Below are positions 8,995-18,274 of a stretch of 64,000 nt of DNA, one piece after another (position 1 is the stretch's first letter; each line of letters opens with the position of its first letter). The notes below the pieces were generated by a model. That model did not search any database, had not been told where the DNA came from, and saw only the letters and a program-made list of their open reading frames with translations. The translations under genes and the position numbers were made by a program. Where the stretch lies: the NCBI GenBank assembly GCA_036960485.1, contig JBALXS010000016.1, positions 634 to 64,633 on the forward strand, given 5' to 3'. Origin of the DNA: Oceanospirillaceae bacterium. GTDB taxonomy: Bacteria > Pseudomonadota > Gammaproteobacteria > Pseudomonadales > Balneatricaceae.

Positions 8995-10182
8995 ATGTCA
9001 AATTCAACACAATCAATAGTAATTGTATCAGCTGCAAGAACAGCTATCGGCGGGATGCAAGGTGTACTTAGTTCAGTAACAGCACCCAATTTAGCTTCTT
9101 TTGCCATCAAAGAGGCCGTTAGCCGCGCAAATATAGACTGTGATGATGTTGAAGAAGTAGTAATGGGATGTGTACTTGCCGGTGGATTAGGCCAAGCGCC
9201 TGCACGCCAAGCAGCATTAGGTGCTGGATTAAGTTTGGCAGCCAATTGTACCACGATTAATAAAATGTGCGGATCAGGTATGAAAGCAGTGATGTTTGCG
9301 CATGATCAGCTAAAAGCTGGCAGTGCGAGTGTCATGGTGGCTGGTGGTATGGAAAACATGAGCCAATCGCCTTATCTTTTACCTAAAGTGCGCACAGGTT
9401 TACGCATGGGGCACGGCCAAGTTTTGGATTCAATGTTCTACGATGGCTTAGAAAATGCCTATGATGGAAAATTGATGGGCGTTTTCGCACAACAAACGGC
9501 AGATGATTATGGTTTTTCTAGGAAAGCGATGGATGATTTCGCCATTCGCTCGTTAACACGAGCACAAAAAGCCATTGAAGAGCAACGTTTCGAAAGTGAA
9601 ATAGCACCTGTTACGATTAAAAGCAGAAAAGGTGACACTGTTGTTAGCCAAGATGAACAACCATTTGCGGCTAACATCGAAAAAATTCCGCATTTAAGAG
9701 CTGCTTTCAAAAAAGATGGTACCGTTACAGCAGCTAACTCTAGCTCAATTTCAGATGGTGCTGCCGCATTAGTGATGATGACAGAAAGTGAAGCCAAAGC
9801 GCGTAATTTAACCCCTATCGCGCGTATTGTTGGCCACAGTTCACATGCTCAAGAACCTGCTGAATTTACCATAGCACCTGTCAGTGCACTCCAAAAATTG
9901 TTGAAAAAAATTGCTTGGAATAGTGAAGATGTTGATCTCTATGAAATCAACGAAGCGTTTGCGGTTGTCACGATGATTGCGATGCAAGAATTGAACTTAG
10001 ATGCTCAAAAAGTAAACATAAATGGTGGTGCGTGCGCTTTGGGGCATCCAATTGGGTGCTCAGGGGCAAGAATTTTAGTCTCGCTAATATATGCTCTACA
10101 AAATCAAGGGAAGAGTAAAGGTGTTGCCTCTTTATGCATTGGTGGTGGTGAAGCAACGGCAGTCGCTATAGAGCTAATATAG
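8995..10182 (+). CDS. Acetyl-CoA C-acyltransferase (thiolase)
   Basis: INKMCGSG, NEAFA, GHPIGCSGAR and CIGGGE thiolase motifs. ATG 8995 follows a GGAG RBS; the track start at 8839 is too long. Confidence 0.95.
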   Translation: MSNSTQSIVIVSAARTAIGGMQGVLSSVTAPNLASFAIKEAVSRANIDCDDVEEVVMGCVLAGGLGQAPARQAALGAGLSLAANCTTINKMCGSGMKAVMFAHDQLKAGSASVMVAGGMENMSQSPYLLPKVRTGLRMGHGQVLDSMFYDGLENAYDGKLMGVFAQQTADDYGFSRKAMDDFAIRSLTRAQKAIEEQRFESEIAPVTIKSRKGDTVVSQDEQPFAANIEKIPHLRAAFKKDGTVTAANSSSISDGAAALVMMTESEAKARNLTPIARIVGHSSHAQEPAEFTIAPVSALQKLLKKIAWNSEDVDLYEINEAFAVVTMIAMQELNLDAQKVNINGGACALGHPIGCSGARILVSLIYALQNQGKSKGVASLCIGGGEATAVAIELI

Positions 10183-10282
10183 TAAGTAATGTGAAGCTTA
10201 ACGTTAATTACTCGCCAGCATGTTTTAGTTAGCTCGCTAGTAGATTGCCAAAATTAAGTAACTTTTCCCAGGATGAAATGCA

Positions 10283-11440
10283 ATGGATCTTAGTTTCAGT
10301 GAAGATCAGTTAATGATCAAAGAGGTGGCCAGTAAATTTGCTCTGAGTGAGTTGGCGCCAATCGCAGCTAAACTTGATGAAGAGGGAGATCAAGCTGCAT
10401 TTTTATCAAATCTTAAACAGCTCGCTGAGTTAGGGTTTATGGGTTTGAATATTGATGAAAAATACGGTGGAAGTGAAGCAGGTACAGTAGCTTTTAGTGT
10501 AGCAATTACAGAAATAGCGAGAGCATGTGCAGCCACGGCCGTGACGACGTCAGTTACTAATATGGTGGCTGAAGTGATTCAATCTGTTGCTAGTGAAGCG
10601 CAAAAGCAATGCTATTTACCTAAGTTGTGCAGTGGTGAATACGCAGCAGGTGCTTTTTGTTTAACTGAGAGCACAGCAGGTTCAGACCCTGCTAATATGA
10701 AAACAACCGCAAAACTTGAAAATGAACATTGGGTTTTAAACGGCGCTAAGCAGTTTATAACCAGCGCTGAGTATGCAGGTGTGATGGTGGTTTGGGCAGT
10801 TACAGATAGCAGCGTCAGCAAAGGCAAAGGTATCTCCTGTTTTTTAGTTGAGCAAGGTAGTGTGGGAATGAGTATTTCTAAAGCTGAACAAAAAATGGGG
10901 CAAAAAGCTGCAGTCACAAATGAAGTAGTGTTTGTTAACTGTCGTATCCCAAAAGACGCATTGATGGGTGAGCTTAATGCTGGTTACAAAATAGCAGTCA
11001 CAGAATTAGCAGGAGGGCGTATTGGTATTGGCTCTCTAGCGTTAGGTGTAGGCCTTGCAGCGATGGATTATGCCCGTAACTATATGATGGAACGCGAGCA
11101 ATTTGGCCAACCAATCGCCAGATTTCAAGGCTTGCAGTGGATGATGAGCGATGCATATACGGCATTAGAAGCTGCTCGTTTATTGTTGATGAGTGCTGCA
11201 GATTTAAAGGAGAAAAAATTACCTTTTGCTAAGGCGGCCTCTATGGCTAAATTGTTTTCTTCTGAAAAAGCCAATGAAGCTTGTTATAGCGCATTACAGT
11301 TATTAGGTGGTTATGGTTACATTAAAGAGTACCCGTTAGAGCGTTACGCAAGAGATGTGCGCATTACTTCTATCTATGAAGGTACCAGTGAAATACAGCG
11401 CGTTATCATCTCTAAAGCGCTTTTAAGTGAAGCTAGGTAA
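10283..11440 (+). CDS. Acyl-CoA dehydrogenase (short/branched-chain type)
   Basis: FCLTESTAGSD, GAKQFIT, GGYGYIKEYPLER, IYEGTSEIQR. Confidence 0.93.
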   Translation: MDLSFSEDQLMIKEVASKFALSELAPIAAKLDEEGDQAAFLSNLKQLAELGFMGLNIDEKYGGSEAGTVAFSVAITEIARACAATAVTTSVTNMVAEVIQSVASEAQKQCYLPKLCSGEYAAGAFCLTESTAGSDPANMKTTAKLENEHWVLNGAKQFITSAEYAGVMVVWAVTDSSVSKGKGISCFLVEQGSVGMSISKAEQKMGQKAAVTNEVVFVNCRIPKDALMGELNAGYKIAVTELAGGRIGIGSLALGVGLAAMDYARNYMMEREQFGQPIARFQGLQWMMSDAYTALEAARLLLMSAADLKEKKLPFAKAASMAKLFSSEKANEACYSALQLLGGYGYIKEYPLERYARDVRITSIYEGTSEIQRVIISKALLSEAR

Positions 11441-11521
11441 TTGCTCATGTACAGCTTTCACTAACACAGTAGCCATAAACACTTCTTATTAATTAGCGTA
11501 ATTTAAAACTTTAGGATACTC

Positions 11522-12286
11522 ATGAAATTAGCAGAAAAAGTTGTCATTGTAACCGGGGGCGCATCAGGATTAGGGCTAGTAACTTGCCAGCATTTATCAG
11601 CGGCAGGAGCCAAGGTTGTTATTTTTGATTTAAATGTCACTGCAGGACAAGCTTTGGCTGAAGAGCTGTCATCAGCTATTTTTGTAGAAGTAGATGTGAC
11701 AGATGAAACTTCTGTTGCAGCTGGTATAGATCGTGCACTTAGTGAGTTTTCGGCTATTCATATATTAGTTAACTGTGCAGGTATCGCCCCTGGTGGTAAA
11801 ACAGTGGGTCGTAATGGTGCTCTGGATTTACAAAAATTTAGCCAAGTAATTAATATAAACCTTATCGGCAGTTTTAATGTATTGCGCTTAGCCGCAGAGC
11901 AAATGGCAAACAACCAGCCTGATGAAAACGGTGAGCGTGGCGTGATTATCAATACTGCATCAGTGGCAGCTTTTGATGGCCAAATAGGCCAGGCGGCTTA
12001 CAGTGCGAGTAAAGCTGGGATAGCGGGAATGACATTACCTGTAGCGCGCGATCTAGCTAAATTAAGTATCCGTAATATGACCATTGCACCCGGGATTTTT
12101 GATACTCCTATGATGCAAGCAATGACAGATGAAGTGCGTGAACCTTTAATAGCAATGGTGCAAAGCCCGCAGCGATTTGGTGCTCCAATTGAATATGCAA
12201 AAATGGTGGCACATATTATTGATAATGGTTATTTGAATGGTGAAGTTATACGTTTAGATGGCGCATTGAGAATGAGCGCCAAATAA
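11522..12286 (+). CDS. SDR 3-hydroxyacyl-CoA dehydrogenase type II (HSD17B10-like)
   Basis: TGGASGLG, NCAGIA, GQIGQAAYSASK, LNGEVIRLDGALRM. Confidence 0.92.
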   Translation: MKLAEKVVIVTGGASGLGLVTCQHLSAAGAKVVIFDLNVTAGQALAEELSSAIFVEVDVTDETSVAAGIDRALSEFSAIHILVNCAGIAPGGKTVGRNGALDLQKFSQVININLIGSFNVLRLAAEQMANNQPDENGERGVIINTASVAAFDGQIGQAAYSASKAGIAGMTLPVARDLAKLSIRNMTIAPGIFDTPMMQAMTDEVREPLIAMVQSPQRFGAPIEYAKMVAHIIDNGYLNGEVIRLDGALRMSAK

Positions 12287-12448
12287 TTAATCACCAACGA
12301 ACAAAACAGCTTTAAGTATAAAGTATTTGTTATTATGCTATAGCGCTTGGTTCATAAAATTGGCTATTATCGTATCTGTTTGTAGTTTTATGATGCTTTA
12401 ATAATGATGATTTTTGTACAGTAAAGGATTAGTGGAAGGATTATTTAA

Positions 12449-14236
12449 ATGAGTATTTATAAGCACCCTTACAAGGAAGCTGATTTTGTTATTCGCAATT
12501 TGTTGGAATTTGATCAGTTTTGCACGCAGTATGCGCTGGAAGATATTAATAGTGATTTTACCAAAGCGGTGCTGGCTGAGGCAGAGAAATTTGCGCTCAC
12601 AGAGCTGGTCGATTTAAATAGGCAGGGAGATTTACAACCTGCTCAGTTACAAGCTGAAAAAGTTATAGAAACACCAGGTTTTGCGCAAGCATATCAAAAG
12701 TTTGTAGAGCAAGGCTGGCCATCATTAAGTGGCACCGAACAATATGGAGGGCAAGGATTACCTAATTTGTTGTCGGTGGCTTGTAATGAGATTTGGCAAA
12801 GCGCTAACATAGCATTTTCACTTTGTCCTTTATTAGGGCAAGGAGCGATTACTGCAATCGAAAAACACGGCAGTGATGCGTTAAAAGCGCAATTTTTATC
12901 AAAGTTAACCAGCGGGGAATGGACGGGCACCATGAACCTCACTGAAGCTGGCGCGGGTACTGATTTAGCGGCGATACAAACTCAAGCTATATTGGATAAT
13001 GGCCAGTATAAAATAACAGGGCAAAAGATTTTCATCACTTGGGGTGATCATCAAATGGCCAAAAATATAGTGCACTTGGTATTAGCCAGATTGCCAAATG
13101 CGCCGTCAGGTATGAAAGGTATTTCGCTATTTATAGTGCCTAAGTATTTGTTAGATGAACAAGGGCAGCCTAAAATAGCCAACGATTTACGCTGTTTATC
13201 TTTAGAGCACAAACTAGGTATTCATGGTAGCCCAACCTGTGTAATGAGTTACGGTGATAATGGAGGTGCTATTGGCTACTTAGTTGGTGAAGAGCATTGT
13301 GGTATTCGTTATATGTTTAGTATGATGAACCACGCGCGCCAAGGCGTTGCTGTACAAGGTTTAGGTGTTTCTGAAAGAGCTTATCAAGAAGCGCTAGAGT
13401 ACGCAGTTAACCGTGTGCAAGGACGTGATAAGCAAGGTAATAGCCAAAGGATTGTAGAGTTTGGTGATGTACGTAGAATGTTAATGATGATGAAGTCAGC
13501 CACAGAGGCAATGCGCGCATTATGTTATTACGCAGGCTTTGAAACCGATAAAAAAGCAGTGCAAATTAAAAGTGATAATGCAGCGGCATTAGCGATTGAA
13601 TCGCGCATTGCTTTTTTAACACCTATCGTAAAAGGTTGGTGTACTGAACTGACGCAAGAACTAGTCTCATTTGCGATGCAAGTGTACGGTGGGGCAGGTT
13701 ACATTGAAGAAACTGGCGTCGCTCAACACGTTAGAGATGCACGCATCTTAACAATTTATGAAGGCACCACCGGAATTCAAGCACTGGACTTAACAATACG
13801 TAAAACATTGTTAGATAATGGTGCGCAAGCTGAGTTGTTTTTTGCAGAAATAGCGCAAACAATAGTGCAATTAAAATTGTGCGGCGCAGCAAAATGCATG
13901 CACAATGTTTTAGCGAGTGCACTTAATGACGGGCAAAAAGCGCTATTATGGCTACAGCAAAATCCACAACAAGGCAGTTGTGTTGCTGCATACTATTTAC
14001 AGTTGTGGGGATATTTGATGGGGGGATGGTTAATGGCCAGATCTTTGTTAGCCGCACAGCAACAGTTAGATAAAGGCGTTGGTGACAACGACTATTTAAA
14101 AGCTAAGTTAGTGACGAGTGAGTTTTATTCGCAGCATTATTTAGTTAGAACCAAAACTTGCTTAGCAAGTATTAGAGCTGGTGGTGACGCTATCATGTCA
14201 TTAACAGAGCAACAGTTTTTTTCTCATGTGAACTAG
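12449..14236 (+). CDS. Long acyl-CoA dehydrogenase (MmgC/DmdC-like, ~595 aa)
   Basis: [41 protein letters not shown]. Confidence 0.88.
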   Translation: MSIYKHPYKEADFVIRNLLEFDQFCTQYALEDINSDFTKAVLAEAEKFALTELVDLNRQGDLQPAQLQAEKVIETPGFAQAYQKFVEQGWPSLSGTEQYGGQGLPNLLSVACNEIWQSANIAFSLCPLLGQGAITAIEKHGSDALKAQFLSKLTSGEWTGTMNLTEAGAGTDLAAIQTQAILDNGQYKITGQKIFITWGDHQMAKNIVHLVLARLPNAPSGMKGISLFIVPKYLLDEQGQPKIANDLRCLSLEHKLGIHGSPTCVMSYGDNGGAIGYLVGEEHCGIRYMFSMMNHARQGVAVQGLGVSERAYQEALEYAVNRVQGRDKQGNSQRIVEFGDVRRMLMMMKSATEAMRALCYYAGFETDKKAVQIKSDNAAALAIESRIAFLTPIVKGWCTELTQELVSFAMQVYGGAGYIEETGVAQHVRDARILTIYEGTTGIQALDLTIRKTLLDNGAQAELFFAEIAQTIVQLKLCGAAKCMHNVLASALNDGQKALLWLQQNPQQGSCVAAYYLQLWGYLMGGWLMARSLLAAQQQLDKGVGDNDYLKAKLVTSEFYSQHYLVRTKTCLASIRAGGDAIMSLTEQQFFSHVN

Positions 14237-14244
14237 GTGTTTTT

Positions 14245-14994
14245 ATGAAAGTATTAGTAACGGTCAAGCGTGTTATCGACTACAACGTTAAGGTGAGAGT
14301 CAAAGCAGATAACAGCGGTGTCGATCTTAACAACGTTAAGATGGCAATGAACCCATTTTGTGAAATAGCAGTTGAAGAAGCTATTAGATTAAAAGAAGCG
14401 GGTGTGGCCACAGAAGTAATAGCAGTATCAGTGGGTGCGAAAGCTTGCCAAGAGCAGTTGCGTACTGCTTTAGCGTTAGGAGCGGATCGTGCGATCCACG
14501 TTGAATCAGAGCAAGAATTAGAATCGCTAAACGTGGCTAAGCTGCTGGCTAAAGTTGTTGAAATTGAACAACCTGGCATTGTGATTTTAGGTAAACAAGC
14601 GATAGATACAGATAACAACCAAACTGGACAAATGCTAGCGGCACTGACGGGTATGGCACAAGGTACTTTTGCATCGAACATCGATATTAAAGGTGATAAA
14701 GCGCTAGTCACTAGAGAAGTTGATGGTGGCTTACAAACGATTGAATTGGCAATGCCTATTATAGCGACCACTGATTTACGCTTGAACGAACCTCGTTACG
14801 CTTCATTGCCTAATATTATGAAAGCTAAACGTAAGCCTCTAGAAGTTAAAACCATTGAAGAATTAGGGGTTAGCATTAAAGAGCATACTAAGCTGTTATC
14901 TGTTAGTGCTCCCCAAGAGCGCAAGGCAGGTATTAAGGTTGCCGATGTTGCTGAATTAGTGGATAAGCTTAAAAACGAAGCCAAAGTAATCTGA
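14245..14994 (+). CDS. etfB: Electron transfer flavoprotein beta subunit
   Basis: [51 protein letters not shown]. Confidence 0.96.
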   Translation: MKVLVTVKRVIDYNVKVRVKADNSGVDLNNVKMAMNPFCEIAVEEAIRLKEAGVATEVIAVSVGAKACQEQLRTALALGADRAIHVESEQELESLNVAKLLAKVVEIEQPGIVILGKQAIDTDNNQTGQMLAALTGMAQGTFASNIDIKGDKALVTREVDGGLQTIELAMPIIATTDLRLNEPRYASLPNIMKAKRKPLEVKTIEELGVSIKEHTKLLSVSAPQERKAGIKVADVAELVDKLKNEAKVI

Positions 14995-15099
14995 TGTAGC
15001 ATATTGCTTAAAATGAAATATTTAACTTGATTTGATTTGCATTAAATTGATGTTTTTTATGAGTATTTCAAAAAAATATTATTGAGTAGAGAAATAATT

Positions 15100-16026
15100 A
15101 TGTCTATTTTAGTTATAGCAGAACATGATAACGCCACTTTAAAAAGCACTACATTAAATACCGTGACAGCAGCAGCTGCCATTGGGGGTGACATTAGCAT
15201 TCTTGTTGCTGGAAATGATTGCCAAAGCGTAGCACAAGAAGCTGCTAAAATTGCTGGTGTTAGTAAAGTATTGGTAGCAGATAATGCTGTATATGCACAT
15301 CAGCTTGCTGAAAATATGCAGCCTCTAATCGTTGAACTTGCAGCTGGAGTCACGCATATCTTGGCGCCAGCCACTACTTCTGGTAAAAATATAATGCCAG
15401 GCGTTGCCGCCTTATTGGATGTTGCACAGATATCTGAAATCATCAAAGTAGAAAGTGCCTCCGTTTTTGAGCGTCCTATTTATGCTGGTAATGCAGTGGC
15501 TAAAGTTGAATCTTTAGATGCTATTAAAGTACTTACGGTTAGAACCACAGCTTTTGAAGAAGCGCAGCTTAGCGCCGCGGCTACAATTGAAGTAATTGCT
15601 AGTGTTAAAGATGCTGGCCTATCAAGTTACGTTGGCGAAGAAACGGCTGTATCTGAGCGTCCTGAATTAACGGCTGCCAAAGTGATTATTTCAGGTGGTC
15701 GTGGTATGGGTAACGGTGAAAACTTCAGTATTTTAGAAGCCGTTGCTGATAAGCTAGGTGCAGCAGTAGGCGCATCTAGAGCGGCAGTGGATGCAGGTTT
15801 TGTGTCAAACGATATGCAAGTTGGGCAAACAGGTAAAATCGTAGCACCTGACTTGTATATAGCAGTGGGCATTTCTGGCGCCATTCAGCATTTAGCAGGC
15901 ATGAAAGATTCAAAAGTGATTGTTGCAATTAATAAAGATGAAGAGGCACCTATCTTCTCTATTGCAGATTATGGCTTGGTTGCGGATTTATTCGAAGCTG
16001 TACCAGAGCTTACCAGCGCTTTATAA
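15100..16026 (+). CDS. etfA: Electron transfer flavoprotein alpha subunit
   Basis: [50 protein letters not shown]. Confidence 0.96.
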   Translation: MSILVIAEHDNATLKSTTLNTVTAAAAIGGDISILVAGNDCQSVAQEAAKIAGVSKVLVADNAVYAHQLAENMQPLIVELAAGVTHILAPATTSGKNIMPGVAALLDVAQISEIIKVESASVFERPIYAGNAVAKVESLDAIKVLTVRTTAFEEAQLSAAATIEVIASVKDAGLSSYVGEETAVSERPELTAAKVIISGGRGMGNGENFSILEAVADKLGAAVGASRAAVDAGFVSNDMQVGQTGKIVAPDLYIAVGISGAIQHLAGMKDSKVIVAINKDEEAPIFSIADYGLVADLFEAVPELTSAL

Positions 16027-16035
16027 AGCGCTTTC

Positions 16036-16067
16036 ATAACCAGCGGTACCTGTTATCGCTGGTTTAT
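16036..16067 (+). terminator. Probable terminator after etfA
   Basis: AACCAGCGGTA-CCTGT-TATCGCTGGTT hairpin. Confidence 0.55.
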
Positions 16068-16345
16068 CTAATACTCAACAAGTTTATAAAAAGATAGTAA
16101 ACCTCCAAATACCCTCGCTATTATTACCTTTTAGCTACATATTTTCTCACACTCAGCTAGCGCTCTTTTACTGCTGAACCTCTTGCATGTATTTTTCTCG
16201 TTCAATTTCCTTCATCTACAACATCATTTAGCTGCTAAGTCTCTATTTGTGAATGTTTTATTTAAAATTTCTGCGTTGCTCATAGCAAAAGATATTTAAA
16301 GATAGAGCTTATCTATCTTTCTATGAACTGTATTATTCTTTATAA

Positions 16346-16368
16346 AAGATTCGAAAATGTTCGTTTTT
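16346..16368 (+). promoter_or_regulatory. Possible GlpR operator upstream of glpD
   Basis: AAGATTCGAAAATGTTCGTTTTT contains AATGTTCGTT, close to the WATGTTCGWT GlpR half-site. Confidence 0.4.
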
Positions 16369-16541
16369 ATCTTTTTATTTTCATAAATTACCTTTATAGT
16401 GGTTTGCATTAACATATCATAAGCAATTTTAGTGATTATCAACATAAATGAGCTTTAGTGGTTTAATAGAAACCAACTAGATTGCGACTATTATCATGCT
16501 TATCCCAATGCTGAACTCATTGTTCAAGAGGAATATCACAC

Positions 16542-18104
16542 GTGCAAACACAAACTTTAAATAGCAGTCTTTACGATCTCGTCGTTATAGGTGGAGGAGT
16601 TAACGGTACAGGGATTGCCGCTGATGCTGCTGGGCGTGGCTTGAAGGTGCTGTTATGTGAGATGAATGACTTAGCAAGTGCTACATCATCTAATAGCAGC
16701 AAATTGATTCACGGTGGTTTGCGCTATTTAGAATATTATGAATTCCGCCTGGTGCGTGAAGCACTTGCAGAGCGCGAAGTATTATTAAAGAATGCACCGC
16801 ATATTATTGCACCATTGCGCTTTCAGTTGCCTCATCGTGCGCATTTGCGACCAGCGTGGATGATAAGAGCTGGGTTGTTTTTATATGACAACTTAGCGAA
16901 AAGAGCAACGTTAGCAAAGTCGACCAGTATTCGCTTTGGGGATAATAGCCCGCTAAATAACTTCATGAACAAAGGGTTTGAATACTCTGATGCTGCGGTA
17001 GATGATGCAAGGTTAGTCGTTTTAAATGCACTTGCAGCGCAGCAACACGATGCTAAAATTTTGGTACGAACTAAATGTGTGAAAGCTGATCGTACCGATG
17101 AAGGTTGGGCAATTACGCTAGAAAATAGTGAAGGGGAGCAGCAGCAAGTATATGCAAAAGCGATAGCGAATGCGGCTGGGCCCTGGGTGGCTAGTATTTT
17201 TGATGATGCTATGCAGGAAAAATCGCCAAAGAGTATTAGATTAATAAAAGGCAGCCATATTATTGTGCCGCGTATCCATGACCAACCCCAAGCTTATATC
17301 TTACAAAACGAAGATGGGCGTATCGTGTTTGTGATCCCTTATGAAGATAATTTTTCCTTGATAGGGACGACAGATGTTGAATATCATGGAGATCCAAGTA
17401 AAGCCGCTATCGATCAAGAAGAAATTGATTATTTAGTTGATGTGACAAATCAGCATTTTAAAACGCAGATTAGTGCTCAAGATGTGGTGAAAACATATTC
17501 AGGAGTGCGCCCACTGCTCAACGATGAATCTAATTCAGCGCAAGCAGTTACCCGAGATTATACTTTTGAAGTTACCACTGAAAACGAAAAGTGGCCTTTA
17601 TTGTCAGTGTATGGAGGAAAAATAACAACTTACAGAAAATTATCAGAAGCTGCGGTAAATAAATTATGTGAGTATTTCCCAGATGCTGGTAAAAGTTGGA
17701 CTAAAGAAGCTGTGTTGCCCGGCGGTGACTTTGTTAACAGAGAAGCGCTGCAGCTTGCTGTGAAATCGCAATATAACTGGTTAATGGATGATTTAATTAA
17801 GCGTTATGTACGAACTTACGGTACCTTATGTCATAAATTCCTTAAAGGTATGGCTAGCATTGAAGATTTAGGCTTCAATTTTGGTGCAGGTCTCTATCAA
17901 GCAGAAGTTGATTACTTAATAAACTGCGAGTGGGCTATGAGCGTTGATGATGTTACTTGGCGTAGAACCAAATTAGCAATGTATTTATCGTTCGAGCAAC
18001 AGCAGTTACTACAAAACTATATTGAAAAAAAAGTAGCTAAGAATAGGGATTCCTTAGACGACGGTGCTATGCATAGCTGCGATATGCAGCAGCAAGCAGG
18101 TTAG
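16542..18104 (+). CDS. glpD: Aerobic glycerol-3-phosphate dehydrogenase
   Basis: DLVVIGGGVNGTGIAADAAGRG, SSNSSKLIHGGLRYLE, YGGKITTYRKL, DDVTWRRTKL. Confidence 0.95.
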   Translation: MQTQTLNSSLYDLVVIGGGVNGTGIAADAAGRGLKVLLCEMNDLASATSSNSSKLIHGGLRYLEYYEFRLVREALAEREVLLKNAPHIIAPLRFQLPHRAHLRPAWMIRAGLFLYDNLAKRATLAKSTSIRFGDNSPLNNFMNKGFEYSDAAVDDARLVVLNALAAQQHDAKILVRTKCVKADRTDEGWAITLENSEGEQQQVYAKAIANAAGPWVASIFDDAMQEKSPKSIRLIKGSHIIVPRIHDQPQAYILQNEDGRIVFVIPYEDNFSLIGTTDVEYHGDPSKAAIDQEEIDYLVDVTNQHFKTQISAQDVVKTYSGVRPLLNDESNSAQAVTRDYTFEVTTENEKWPLLSVYGGKITTYRKLSEAAVNKLCEYFPDAGKSWTKEAVLPGGDFVNREALQLAVKSQYNWLMDDLIKRYVRTYGTLCHKFLKGMASIEDLGFNFGAGLYQAEVDYLINCEWAMSVDDVTWRRTKLAMYLSFEQQQLLQNYIEKKVAKNRDSLDDGAMHSCDMQQQAG

Positions 18105-18199
18105 TGAAGTGCTTTAAGCGAATAGAAAGAAACACAGCATGCTGACATAGAGCATAAAACACCAAGTTTAATTATATACTTGTGCGTTTATTTTTTATC

Positions 18200-18235
18200 T
18201 AGCTTTGGCTTGCCCACCTTTAGGGGCCAAAGCTA
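18200..18235. terminator. Bidirectional terminator between glpD and selD
   Basis: TAGCTTTGGC...GCCAAAGCTA followed by a T-run. Confidence 0.65.
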
Positions 18236-18274
18236 TTTTTTTATCTTTGATTAAACTTCAGCAGCATTGAATGA

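Noticed and set aside
16080-16330. Possible glpR or glpK remnant upstream of glpD
   Set aside because: Only a 5-residue coincidence (TNRDL) was found, with no extended similarity in any frame I read.
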